64,000 bases of DNA, taken from the NCBI GenBank assembly GCA_949298985.1, contig CASFYV010000013.1:96229-160228 (forward strand). The letters are read 5' to 3'. The stretch's first letter is position 1, and the number at the start of each line of letters is the position of its first letter. Origin of the DNA: an uncultured bacterium. GTDB taxonomy: Bacteria; Cyanobacteriota; Vampirovibrionia; Gastranaerophilales; Gastranaerophilaceae. The notes beneath the pieces are model-generated. The model did not search any database. It was not told where the DNA came from and saw nothing but the letters and a program-made list of their open reading frames with translations. A program made the translations under genes and the position numbers. Below are positions 38,801 through 48,380 of this stretch, piece after piece.

Positions 38801-39949
38801 ATGTTCAAAAAATTGCTTAAGGGTTTATTTGTATTAAGTGCATTTGTTATACTTAATAGCCCTGCAAATGCTTTCTATACTGATATGAATGAAAATCATT
38901 GGGCATATCAATCTATTAAGTTTTTAACAGAAGTTGGAGTTGTTGTAGGTTATCCTGATGGAACTTATAAACCCGATATTCCTGTAACAAGAGCTGAATT
39001 TGCATCTATGGCAATTAAAGCTTTAGGACAAGAAGATGCTAATGTTACTCAAGATATTCATTTTTCTGATATTAAGCCTGATTTTTGGGCATATAATATT
39101 ATTAAAAAGGCTGTTTATTTTGATTTAATTCCTGATGCTAAAGGTCAACAATATAGACCTTATGATCCTGTAACAAGAGCTGAAGCAATTTCTATTGCTG
39201 TTAATGCTTTAACTACTCAACAAATTAGTGAAGAAAAAGCTCAAGAAATTATTTCAAAGAGTTATGAAGATTATGCACAATTACCGGCTTGGTTTTTACT
39301 AGCAGCTGGTAAGGCACAACTTTTAGATATGATTATTGTTATGCCTGGTAAAGAAGGTCAATTAGAAGCTGAAAGACCTGCTAACAGAGCGGAAGTCGCT
39401 GCTATACTTTATAAAATGATGCAAGAAGCAAAACTTAATCCAAATGCTAAATTAGCTGAATGTATGCAAAAAAGAACTGCTGAAGGTTATATTGTTGATA
39501 ATGTAAAAGTTCAAGGTTCAATCGGTATAATTCCTGCCGGTTCTATTTTTCCTATTCAGTTAGAAACAGTTGTTGGTTCTCAAATTTCTAATGTAACAGA
39601 TATTTATACAGCAAAAGCTCCTAAAAATATTGTTACTAAAGAAAAATATCTTCTAATTGAACAAGGTAGTGACTTAAAAGGTCAAGTAAAACACGTTCAA
39701 CGTGGTAAACTATTTAAACAAAACGGTGAAGTTATTATTAAAAATGAATTACTTGTAACACCTCAAGATCAAGCTGTTATGTTATATGGCGTAGCAACTT
39801 TAGATCCTGCTAAGAAAAATGCTTTTATGACTTGGTTCAGAAAGGTATTCAAAGGCGATAAAGTTTTAACTATGCCAAACCAAATTGTTAACATCAGATT
39901 ATTAGGACCTTTAAAAATCGATTTAACAAACGGTTATATCTACGAATAG
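38801..39949 (+). CDS. Secreted S-layer homology (SLH) domain protein
   Basis: Signal peptide (ANA), DM.ENHWAY, GYPDGTYKPD.PVTRAEF, PVTRAEA, ANRAEVA. Confidence 0.92.
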   Translation: MFKKLLKGLFVLSAFVILNSPANAFYTDMNENHWAYQSIKFLTEVGVVVGYPDGTYKPDIPVTRAEFASMAIKALGQEDANVTQDIHFSDIKPDFWAYNIIKKAVYFDLIPDAKGQQYRPYDPVTRAEAISIAVNALTTQQISEEKAQEIISKSYEDYAQLPAWFLLAAGKAQLLDMIIVMPGKEGQLEAERPANRAEVAAILYKMMQEAKLNPNAKLAECMQKRTAEGYIVDNVKVQGSIGIIPAGSIFPIQLETVVGSQISNVTDIYTAKAPKNIVTKEKYLLIEQGSDLKGQVKHVQRGKLFKQNGEVIIKNELLVTPQDQAVMLYGVATLDPAKKNAFMTWFRKVFKGDKVLTMPNQIVNIRLLGPLKIDLTNGYIYE

Positions 39950-39967
39950 TAATTAATAAAAAATATA

Positions 39968-40792
39968 TTATTCAATAATTTCCGGCGGTTTTTCAAAATA
40001 CGTCGGAAATTTTTGTTTGTATTCATTAAGTTCTGTACAGTAAGCTTCTAAATCAAGCGAAATATCTTTTTTCAAAGGGTATGATTTTATACCTAAAGAT
40101 TTATACATTGCTCGAATAAAGATATTTGAAATAGCATCACTACCCCTTTCCCAAGGAGTTGAATGTGCTAATATCCAACGAATTTCTGCTATGGAATTAT
40201 TTATTTCTTCCATTTGTGAACTATTCACATTTTTTGAATTAAATTTTGTTTTAAATTCACTATATTTTTTACAAATAAGATTAATAGCTTTATTAACATA
40301 TTTTGAATCTGCATGTCGCAGATAATGTTCTTCCGCATCTATTTTAGGTACAGTTAATTCAATTTCTTCATATGGATTTTTTAATGGTTTATTAATTATT
40401 TTATCTAATTTGTTTTGATAAATTTTATATCGTTTTATATCTGAATAATTTGTACATAAATCAAAACCATCCCAATCAGAGCCATTTTTCCATCCTTCAC
40501 GTTTTATCCTTAAAATCCCGCTATGTTTTATTTTAGAAATATCACGAAGAAAAGAATTTGCTTTAATGACTCCTATTGCAATAAGTTTCAATATATTTTC
40601 GGCTGATACATTTTTTAAAATCATTTTGGTCGAAATATCAGCTGTTTCTTTTATTTTTTTTGCCCAAACCCTATTTTTACCATAACCACGAATTTTTACA
40701 AAAAAATCTTCTTGTCTAAATTTTAGCTTTGGTGAATTTAAATTTGATTGAAATGAAGTTCTATAAAAGTAGCTATTATTTTCAACTTTCAT
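39968..40792 (-). CDS. Fido-like protein with a degenerate XopAC/AvrAC-type motif
   Basis: EIRWILAHSTPWERGSDAISNIFIRAM...DLEAY...EY...FP.YF. Confidence 0.6.
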   Translation of the reverse strand: MKVENNSYFYRTSFQSNLNSPKLKFRQEDFFVKIRGYGKNRVWAKKIKETADISTKMILKNVSAENILKLIAIGVIKANSFLRDISKIKHSGILRIKREGWKNGSDWDGFDLCTNYSDIKRYKIYQNKLDKIINKPLKNPYEEIELTVPKIDAEEHYLRHADSKYVNKAINLICKKYSEFKTKFNSKNVNSSQMEEINNSIAEIRWILAHSTPWERGSDAISNIFIRAMYKSLGIKSYPLKKDISLDLEAYCTELNEYKQKFPTYFEKPPEIIE

Positions 40793-40804
40793 ATTCTATA
40801 TAAA

Positions 40805-42040
40805 TTAGCTAAAAAGATTTTTTGCTAACTCTCTTGAAACAGTTTTTTGCTCTGACGTATCTAAGTTTTTAACAGTTACTTGATTAGATTTGATTTCATC
40901 TTCTCCAAGAATTAAAGCGAATTTCGCAACTTTTGAAGCTTTTTCAAGTTGTTTAGTAAATTTTTTATTAGTTAAATCAAATTCACAAGAAATTCCTTCT
41001 TGTCTTAGTTCTTCTGCTAATTTTATAGCTTCTAAACTATCATTTGAAACAACAAATGCAGTTGTCCTATTATCTTGTTTTTCACCTATAAGAGAAGCTA
41101 ACCTTTCCATTCCCATTGCAAAACCAACTGCTGGAGTATCTTCTCCTCCTAAGTTTTTAACAAGGCTATCATATCTTCCACCACCGCAAACGGCATTTTG
41201 GGAACCTAAGTTATTTGATTTTATTTCAAATACTGTTCTATTATAGTAATCTAAACCTCTTACAAGAAGTTTATTTATAGAATAATTGATATTTAATTCA
41301 TCAAGATATTTTTTTAATTCATTAAAATGATTAGCACAATCTTCACAAATAAAATCAGATTGAATTACTTCTTGAATTTCAGGTTTTGCATAGATTTCTT
41401 TGCATTCTTCCACTTTACAATCTAAAAGTCTTAAAGGATTTTTTTCAAATCTTGCTTGACAATCCGGACATAAGTCATTCAAATATGGCTTAATAACTGC
41501 CTTAAGTTTTGTCTTGAATTCTTCACGGCAAGTTGGACAGCCTAAAGAATTTAATTCTACACTCAAATCATTTAAGCCTAAAGCTTTTAGGTAATTTACA
41601 GCCATTAAAATAATTTCAGCATCACAAGTTGCTTGTTTGATACCAAAAACTTCAATCCCTACTTGGTGAAATTGTCTTTGTCTTCCTGCCTGAGGTCTTT
41701 CGTATCTAAACATAGGTCCTTTATACCAAAGTTTTACAGGGGCTGAAAGTCTATGCATACCGTTTTCTATGAACGAGCGAACAACTCCTGCTGTATTTTC
41801 AGGACGTAATGTAAGCGAGCGTTCGCTTTTTTCAAAGGTATACATTTCTTTGTTTACAATATCAGTAGTATCTCCAACTCCTCTTGCAAAAAGTTCTGTA
41901 GCTTCAAATATTGGAGTGCGAATTTCTTTTGCTCCGTATTTAGTAAATATTTCATTAGCTTTTTCTTCCATAAAATGCCATACTGACATTTCTGAAGGTA
42001 ATATATCTTTAGTTCCTTTTTGTACTTTTATTATTGCCAT
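40805..42040 (-). CDS. hisS: Histidyl-tRNA synthetase
   Basis: KGTKDILP, LRPENTAG, FRYERPQAGR.RQFHQ, LVRGLDYY, GGGRYD.L. Confidence 0.98.
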   Translation of the reverse strand: MAIIKVQKGTKDILPSEMSVWHFMEEKANEIFTKYGAKEIRTPIFEATELFARGVGDTTDIVNKEMYTFEKSERSLTLRPENTAGVVRSFIENGMHRLSAPVKLWYKGPMFRYERPQAGRQRQFHQVGIEVFGIKQATCDAEIILMAVNYLKALGLNDLSVELNSLGCPTCREEFKTKLKAVIKPYLNDLCPDCQARFEKNPLRLLDCKVEECKEIYAKPEIQEVIQSDFICEDCANHFNELKKYLDELNINYSINKLLVRGLDYYNRTVFEIKSNNLGSQNAVCGGGRYDSLVKNLGGEDTPAVGFAMGMERLASLIGEKQDNRTTAFVVSNDSLEAIKLAEELRQEGISCEFDLTNKKFTKQLEKASKVAKFALILGEDEIKSNQVTVKNLDTSEQKTVSRELAKNLFS

Positions 42041-42108
42041 AATTCAAATTCCTTTATATAATTTAATTGTACTATGGTAAAACATTAGAGTAAATATTGG
42101 AGAGTTTA

Positions 42109-42960
42109 ATGGGAATAAAAGTTACAAAAATGCAAGGTTGCGGAAATGATTTCGTAATTATTGACTATTCAGAATATCAAAAATCTGGTTTTGAGATGTC
42201 TGAACTTGCAAAGAAATTATGTGATAGACATTTTGGTATTGGAGCTGATGGGCTTATTATTCCTAACCCTAATACAGAAGAGGCTGATATTGGGTGGTTT
42301 TTCTATAATTCTGACGGATCTACTGCACAAATGTGCGGTAATGGAATGAGATGTTTTGCTAAGTATGTTTTTGATAAAAAATTGGTTGATAAAAATGAAT
42401 TCTCTGTAAAGACTTTAGCTGGAATTATTTCTCCTCATATTTTAGAGAATGGTGAAGTAAGGGTAAATATGTCGAAACCCATTTTATTACCGGAGAGAAT
42501 ACCGTTTTTACCAAATGATAATATGAATTATAAAATTGCAGTTAAAAATATGATTTTTGAAGGTTCTGCTATTTCTATGGGGAATCCGCATTTTGTTATT
42601 TTTGCATCTCCAAGTGAGAATTTATTAGAACTTGCGAAAGAATACGGACCTTTAATCGAAGTAGCTGAAGAATTTCCAGAAAAAACAAATGTTGAATTTA
42701 TTAAAATAAATTCAACTGATAAAATCGAGCTTTGTGTTTGGGAAAGAGGTTGTGGAATTACACTTGCTTGCGGGACAGGAGCTTGTGCAAGCGTTGTTGT
42801 TGGTGTTTTAAAAGGTTGTTTACGCAACTCCGTTGATGTAAAATTATTAGGTGGAAAAGTGCATATTGACTGGGCGGGGGATAAGGTAAATCCTTATAGG
42901 GATGTCTTTCTTACAGGTCCTGCTGAATATGTTTTTGAAGCGGAAATTGAGAGTTTATAA
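42109..42960 (+). CDS. dapF: Diaminopimelate epimerase
   Basis: KMQGCGNDF, GIGADG, NSDGS..QMCGNG.RC, SMGNPH, WERG.G.TLACGTGACA; start set at ATG 42109. Confidence 0.97.
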   Translation: MGIKVTKMQGCGNDFVIIDYSEYQKSGFEMSELAKKLCDRHFGIGADGLIIPNPNTEEADIGWFFYNSDGSTAQMCGNGMRCFAKYVFDKKLVDKNEFSVKTLAGIISPHILENGEVRVNMSKPILLPERIPFLPNDNMNYKIAVKNMIFEGSAISMGNPHFVIFASPSENLLELAKEYGPLIEVAEEFPEKTNVEFIKINSTDKIELCVWERGCGITLACGTGACASVVVGVLKGCLRNSVDVKLLGGKVHIDWAGDKVNPYRDVFLTGPAEYVFEAEIESL

Positions 42961-43235
42961 GTTTAGGAGCGTAGAATAAGTTACAATCCTATTTAATAAT
43001 TAAAATATTCTTCTTTTTATTACGCTTTATTATTAGTTTTAAGTGTTGGTAATTATAGAAATCAAATTGATTAAAATAGATGTGATAAATCATTGATTTA
43101 CTCTATTTTCTAGTCTGTCGTGCTCATAATGATACGATTTCTTTTGAATTTATTAAAAATGTAAAGTTTTGTAACAATATATCGTGTATTGTGAAATTAT
43201 TTATTAAAGAAATACTTTATATATATGTAAGCGTT

Positions 43236-43357
43236 GAGCAAACATTAAATAGACACATAACACAAACCTTTCATACAACCTACACACTAACCTTCTATAC
43301 ATGAGGAATTAAGTAAAACAAAATTCCAAACCTTTCTAAAAAGGAAGGTTTTTTTTT
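43236..43357 (+). ncRNA. Candidate small RNA with 12-nt periodic AACCT repeats
   Basis: No plus-strand ORF; AACCT at 43265, 43277 and 43289; strong terminator at 43329-43357; upstream TATA-like motif at 43216. Confidence 0.45.
43329..43357 (+). terminator. Intrinsic terminator
   Basis: AACCTTTCT-AAAA-AGGAAGGTT followed by T7. Confidence 0.85.
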
Positions 43358-43359
43358 GT

Positions 43360-43731
43360 TTAAAGTTGTAAAAATTTACTTCCGAATAAAATTAGTCCGA
43401 CCATAACGCTAATAACTGAGGCAAACATTACAGCTCCAGCTGAAATATCTTTTGCCATACCAACCATTCTGGAATATTTGTTATGATAGATTGAATCTAG
43501 TGTAAATTCAATTGCGGTATTAAGCATTTCGGTAACTATTACAAGAGCAATTATAAAAAGTAATATACTAAATTCTAAAGCAGAAAATTTTAAAAATAAG
43601 GCAGAAATAATAACAAGAAAAGCAATTACAATATGTATGCGGATGTTAATTTCACTTTTTAGAACAAGTCTAAAACCTTTTCTGGCGTTTTTAAATGTGT
43701 TATTAAACCCTTGAGCCTTAAATTTGGTCAT
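43360..43731 (-). CDS. dgkA: Diacylglycerol / undecaprenol kinase
   Basis: E.N.RIH, EMLNTAIE..LD, AKDISAGAV. Confidence 0.93.
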   Translation of the reverse strand: MTKFKAQGFNNTFKNARKGFRLVLKSEINIRIHIVIAFLVIISALFLKFSALEFSILLFIIALVIVTEMLNTAIEFTLDSIYHNKYSRMVGMAKDISAGAVMFASVISVMVGLILFGSKFLQL

Positions 43732-44236
43732 AATTGATATACTCCAATGCTTTTCTCTGTTCCCCTATAACAAAATTGTATTCTTCATCTGTTTGGTGGT
43801 CAAATCCTAATAGGTGCATAAGACCGTGGCTTATTAGAAAATGCAGTTCTTGTTCTTTATTTTTAGAAAGACTAATATCTTTGTTAACTCCTTCTATGAC
43901 TTTATCTAAGGCAATAACAATTTCACCCAGATTAATTTCTCCATCAAAAATAAAACTGTTTTCATCATCTGCAAAAATCGCAAATGTTATTATATCAGCA
44001 GGATAATCTTTATTTCTATAATCTCTATTGTATTCTTGAGTTTTTGTAGAATCACAAAATACAATATCTAGAGTTATAGAGTTATATACTTTATTGTTTA
44101 AACAGCTTTTACTTTCAAGTTCAGAAATGTAATATTTAAGCATTTTAGTAGTATTTTCTATAACTTGTTTTTCATCGACCTTCCAGCTATCAAAAATATT
44201 TTCCGTAAAAACATTAATTTGTTTCATCTTTTTCAT
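43718..44236 (-). CDS. ybeY: rRNA maturation endoribonuclease YbeY
   Basis: N.DYRNKD.P.DIITF, LGEIVI, HGLMHLLGFDH. Confidence 0.95.
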   Translation of the reverse strand: MKKMKQINVFTENIFDSWKVDEKQVIENTTKMLKYYISELESKSCLNNKVYNSITLDIVFCDSTKTQEYNRDYRNKDYPADIITFAIFADDENSFIFDGEINLGEIVIALDKVIEGVNKDISLSKNKEQELHFLISHGLMHLLGFDHQTDEEYNFVIGEQRKALEYINYDQI

Positions 44237-46394
44237 TAGTTTCGTTTTTTTTCTTTTCTAATTCTTTTAGTTTAGCATCTAAATCACTATCTATATGATT
44301 TGTGCTAATTTCATTATTATGTTTGCTTTTATCTAATTGTTGAACTAAATCGTTATGATATTTGATACGTTTATGATGCATACCTCTTAGCATTCTTGAG
44401 AAAGTTTCTCCTATAACTTTTAAATCTTTTAAAGTTAGTGGAGAATCAGATAATTGTCCGTCGTTAAGTCTTTCTTTAATAATTTTTTCTATAATAGCAT
44501 CAATTTTTTCATTAGAAGGGTTTTTCGCAGCTCTAACAGCAGATTCAACAGCATCAGCAATCATTAGAATAGCTGTTTCTTTAGTATTAGGTTTTGGCCC
44601 AGGGTATCTGAACTGTTCTTCATTAACGTTTTCAGCTCCTTCTTCTTTTAATGCTTCGTTATAAAAATAGCTGACAAGACTTGTTCCGTGGTGTTGTGAA
44701 ATAAAATTATTTATAACTTGAGGTAAGTGAGCATCTTTAGCAAGTTCTAAACCATCTTTTGGGTGTGCAGTAATAAGCATTTTACTAAATCTTGGTGTAC
44801 AAGTGTTATGAGGGTTTTCTATTCCGTAAAAAGATTGATTTTCTACGAAAAACATTGGACGTAATAATTTTCCAATATCGTGATATAATGCTCCAACTCT
44901 TGCAAGAACAGGATTTGCACCAATTGCTTCTGCAGCATTCTCGCAAAGGTGAGATACTGTTAAACTATGATTAAATGTTCCTGGAGCGTCTTGCATAAGT
45001 TTTCTTAATAATTCGTGGTCTGCAAGTTCTGCTAAACCATATGGTGTCATTACTCTGAATAAATTTTCAATGATAGGTAATATTCCTAATAGAATAATTC
45101 CGCTTATACCTAAACAGTTGATAAGGATATAAACTAAATCTCTAACAATTAGTAAATTATCAATATCCATCATATATTTTTCAAGGAAATATATTCCACC
45201 AACTATCAAAACTCCTGCTAAAGCAACTTTGGCACTTGTGATTAATAAATCTGAGCGTTTTAAGAATTTCATTTTAGATACTGCTGTCATAACGACAGTA
45301 TTTAAGAGCATATAAGAAACAACAACTTCAATGTTCCAGTGCATACCTATTGAAAGTAATGCTAAAATAATTGTAGAAGCAAAAAAAGCGTTTCGAGGTG
45401 TTGTAAATATTGAAAGTAATATGGTATATGACGGTATTGGAATTATATATGGAGAAAAACCTGTTGGTAACATAACAGAAGTTAATGCAAGGAATAGAGT
45501 AAATGTTCCCATTATTGTCATATATTTTGCATTAAAATATTGTTTTTCAAAGTTTTTTTCGTATTGTAAAAATACAAAAGTAAAAAATGCAATAAGTATA
45601 TATATACCGATAATCCCACCATAGTTTATTTCTAAAACATTGTATCCTGCCGCACGTAAAGCATCTCGTTTTAATTTAGTTATAGGTTCGCCTTCAAATA
45701 CGATTTTTTGACCTTTTTTAAATACTACTTCATAAGGTTTTACAGCGTTTTGAGCGTTTTTCTTTGCAATTTCTGTTGCAAATTCATCTATAACAAGATT
45801 TGGAACGATTATTTGATTTAAAATACCTGTAATTAAAGTGCCTTGATATCGAGTTACATTATTTGGAAGGTTTTTTCGTATAATTGAATTTACATTATTG
45901 TTTTCAAAATCTTTTGCAGATATTCCTACATTTAAAACAGAAGATAATGTTATTTTGGATTTGTCAAATACAGCTTGTAAATCTTCATCACTCGATTTTA
46001 GTAAAAAATTTACAAGCTCTTTTTTACCGGATTCATCAAATAATACATTTAATTCTTCGGCTTTTATATTTTCGTTAATATCTTTTTCTCTAATTTTTTT
46101 TATAGAATTTTGTAAGGTGAAAAGGCTTGATGTTATAAATTCATCTTCTGCTTGAGTTAATATAGGTTCAACATTCATTGCAACTTCTTTTTTATGAAGT
46201 TCTGTTTTTTTAGTATCAATTACTTTGATATCTTTTTGAGCAATTATATCTTTTTTACTAATCCCATTTTCAATAACTTTTTGGAAAAAGAAATTTTGTG
46301 AAGATATAATTACAGTTAATAAGAATGTAAATAATATGAAACAAACAGTGTTTCTAAAAGCTTTTGATGATATAAAATCCAAAAATTTTGTCAT
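44214..46394 (-). CDS. pgpH: 7TM-HD phosphohydrolase (PgpH-like, probable c-di-AMP phosphodiesterase)
   Basis: Extracellular domain, 7 TMs, APGTFNHS, YHDIGK, QHHGT, YPGPKP, MIAD.VE.A.R; adjacent to ybeY-dgkA. Confidence 0.9.
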   Translation of the reverse strand: MTKFLDFISSKAFRNTVCFILFTFLLTVIISSQNFFFQKVIENGISKKDIIAQKDIKVIDTKKTELHKKEVAMNVEPILTQAEDEFITSSLFTLQNSIKKIREKDINENIKAEELNVLFDESGKKELVNFLLKSSDEDLQAVFDKSKITLSSVLNVGISAKDFENNNVNSIIRKNLPNNVTRYQGTLITGILNQIIVPNLVIDEFATEIAKKNAQNAVKPYEVVFKKGQKIVFEGEPITKLKRDALRAAGYNVLEINYGGIIGIYILIAFFTFVFLQYEKNFEKQYFNAKYMTIMGTFTLFLALTSVMLPTGFSPYIIPIPSYTILLSIFTTPRNAFFASTIILALLSIGMHWNIEVVVSYMLLNTVVMTAVSKMKFLKRSDLLITSAKVALAGVLIVGGIYFLEKYMMDIDNLLIVRDLVYILINCLGISGIILLGILPIIENLFRVMTPYGLAELADHELLRKLMQDAPGTFNHSLTVSHLCENAAEAIGANPVLARVGALYHDIGKLLRPMFFVENQSFYGIENPHNTCTPRFSKMLITAHPKDGLELAKDAHLPQVINNFISQHHGTSLVSYFYNEALKEEGAENVNEEQFRYPGPKPNTKETAILMIADAVESAVRAAKNPSNEKIDAIIEKIIKERLNDGQLSDSPLTLKDLKVIGETFSRMLRGMHHKRIKYHNDLVQQLDKSKHNNEISTNHIDSDLDAKLKELEKKKNETNEKDETN

Positions 46395-46412
46395 ATATAA
46401 ATATCCTTTATT

Positions 46413-46619
46413 TTATTTATCCCTCTTTTTTACTACAAATCCGCATTTAGTACAAGCGAGAACTTCTCCGGTACTATCAATCGGCATAAAATTATGTTGA
46501 CATTCTAAAGCTTCATCTTCAGTTTCTATATTTGTTTCTGAAAATAAACCTTCTGGATTTGCACAATTTCCCCTCTTATTTTTATTTAACCATTTTATAA
46601 AAATTTCAAAAATATACAT
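46413..46619 (-). CDS. Small zinc-ribbon-like protein
   Basis: CQH...ACTKCG. Confidence 0.6.
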   Translation of the reverse strand: MYIFEIFIKWLNKNKRGNCANPEGLFSETNIETEDEALECQHNFMPIDSTGEVLACTKCGFVVKKRDK

Positions 46620-46621
46620 AA

Positions 46622-47044
46622 TTATATTCTAAAACCATATGGTAAAAAATCGCTCAATTGTTTTATATTAAGATTTGAATCTTTTTCTGTAATAACAAGA
46701 ACTTCTTTTTCTCCTTGAAATTCATACATTACTTGTCTGCAAGCACCACAAGGGAAACAATCATCTTGGTTTGGAGAATAAATAGCCACTGCCAAAAGCT
46801 CTTTTTCTCCTTCTGAAATTGCTTTAAATATAGCACATCTTTCTGCACATATAGTCATTCCAAATGAAGAATTTTCAACGTTACATCCTGTATATATTTT
46901 CCCGCTGCCCATCAAAACTGCCGCTCCAACAGCAAATTTGGAAAATGGTGAATACGACATTTCTGAAGCTTCTTTGGCTTTTTGCATTAATTTTTCATAC
47001 TTCTTCATATCTGTAATTTTATCACGATTTATTGTTACAGGCAA
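46622..47044 (-). CDS. cdd: Cytidine deaminase
   Basis: YSPFS.F.VGAA, GCNVENSSF...CAER, PCGACRQ. Confidence 0.96.
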   Translation of the reverse strand: MPVTINRDKITDMKKYEKLMQKAKEASEMSYSPFSKFAVGAAVLMGSGKIYTGCNVENSSFGMTICAERCAIFKAISEGEKELLAVAIYSPNQDDCFPCGACRQVMYEFQGEKEVLVITEKDSNLNIKQLSDFLPYGFRI

Positions 47045-47179
47045 TTTAATTTCTATTTATCATCTGGTAAAATGAAATTTTTGTAAATATTTGTAAAAAA
47101 TATTTTAAATATAGTGCAATTATTTTGTAGTTATTTACTTTATATATATAAATAACTTAAGGGAAACGCGAGGGAATAT

Positions 47180-47422
47180 ATGTGCCTTGGATTTGGATCA
47201 ATCTATAATACAACTGTAAATGTTAATGGTCATTGTGTTGGATTTAGTCGTTATAATAGTCTTTCACCTTTTGGTTGTGGTGCTTTTGGTGGATTTACTC
47301 CAGGATGCTTTGGTTTTGGTTTTAATAGTCACTGTATGGGAAATTCTTTTTTAGCAGGCGCAGGAGTCGGACTTGGTTTTGCAACAGGAATGGCAATATT
47401 ATCATTATTTAATAGAAATTAA
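47180..47422 (+). CDS. Small Gly/Phe/Cys-rich protein with a hydrophobic C-terminus
   Basis: 80-aa ORF, AGGGA Shine-Dalgarno, GAGVGLGFATGMAIL segment. Confidence 0.7.
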   Translation: MCLGFGSIYNTTVNVNGHCVGFSRYNSLSPFGCGAFGGFTPGCFGFGFNSHCMGNSFLAGAGVGLGFATGMAILSLFNRN

Positions 47423-47428
47423 TACAAA

Positions 47429-48118
47429 TTATTTTTTTAAAGTAATTTCTTTTTTGAAAATTGATTTATTAATTTCCTCAAAATTTTTAATTATTTTAGA
47501 TACACCTTCTATTTTCTTATAAAATTCAATTGGTTCTAAAGATGCAATCGCAATAATTTTTCCTATTCCTGCAGATTTTGCGGCATTTATTCCAGCAATA
47601 GCATCTTCTATTACAATACAATCTTTCGGTGCTAAACCTATTTTTTCTGCTGCTATTAAAAAAATATCAGGTGCAGGCTTTCCGGGTATTGTTCCATCTG
47701 AATAAACAATCTTATTTATATCAAACCACTTTTCAAGATTAAATTCTTTTATATAAAATTCAACATTATCCCATTCGGACATTGTGGCAATTGTTCTTGG
47801 AATATTATTTTCTTTTAGAAAATCTAAAAATTCAACAGCACCTGGTGCTAATTTAAAATTTTCTTTATCTAATAAGCAGCGTTTACGGTATAAAGATTCT
47901 TTTTCTTTAGCATATTTTTCTACCATTTCTTTAGAAGGTTTTCTTCCTATTGCATATTCAATAATGTCTTCGTTGGTATGACCAAACATTTTATCACGCA
48001 TCTCTTCTTGAGTAAATTCATACCCTCTAAGAAGCTTAGAAAAATCTCGCCAAGCATCATAATGCAATTGAGAATCCCAATATAGTGTTCCGTTAAAGTC
48101 AAAAATGATACCTTTCAT
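47429..48118 (-). CDS. HAD-family phosphatase (beta-phosphoglucomutase-like)
   Basis: IFDFNGTL, GKPAPDIF, IEDAIAG. Confidence 0.92.
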   Translation of the reverse strand: MKGIIFDFNGTLYWDSQLHYDAWRDFSKLLRGYEFTQEEMRDKMFGHTNEDIIEYAIGRKPSKEMVEKYAKEKESLYRKRCLLDKENFKLAPGAVEFLDFLKENNIPRTIATMSEWDNVEFYIKEFNLEKWFDINKIVYSDGTIPGKPAPDIFLIAAEKIGLAPKDCIVIEDAIAGINAAKSAGIGKIIAIASLEPIEFYKKIEGVSKIIKNFEEINKSIFKKEITLKK

Positions 48119-48170
48119 AATTATTATTATAAGCTAAAAATATTTAAAAACTTATAAAATATGTTATAAT

Positions 48171-48380
48171 ATGTACATGAAAAAAATTTTTATATTTTTA
48201 TTAATATTTTCGATTATGATTCCTGCTTTTGCAGAAACCCCAAAGAAAATTTATAAAAAAAATTTGCCACAAGGAACTTTTAAAAAAACAAGAAATGGTA
48301 CATATGTTCAGTATGATAGTAAAGGGAAAAAGATCGGAACGTACAAATTAAATAATGGAGAGCTAAAAAGAATAAAATGA
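48171..48380 (+). CDS. Small secreted hypothetical protein
   Basis: Sec signal MKKIFIFLLIFSIMIPAFA. Confidence 0.7.
   Translation: MYMKKIFIFLLIFSIMIPAFAETPKKIYKKNLPQGTFKKTRNGTYVQYDSKGKKIGTYKLNNGELKRIK

Noticed and set aside
43203-43303. Minus-strand 32-aa ORF (MYRRLVCRL...) over the sRNA candidate
   Set aside because: No Shine-Dalgarno, and the terminator geometry favours a plus-strand transcript; not fully excluded
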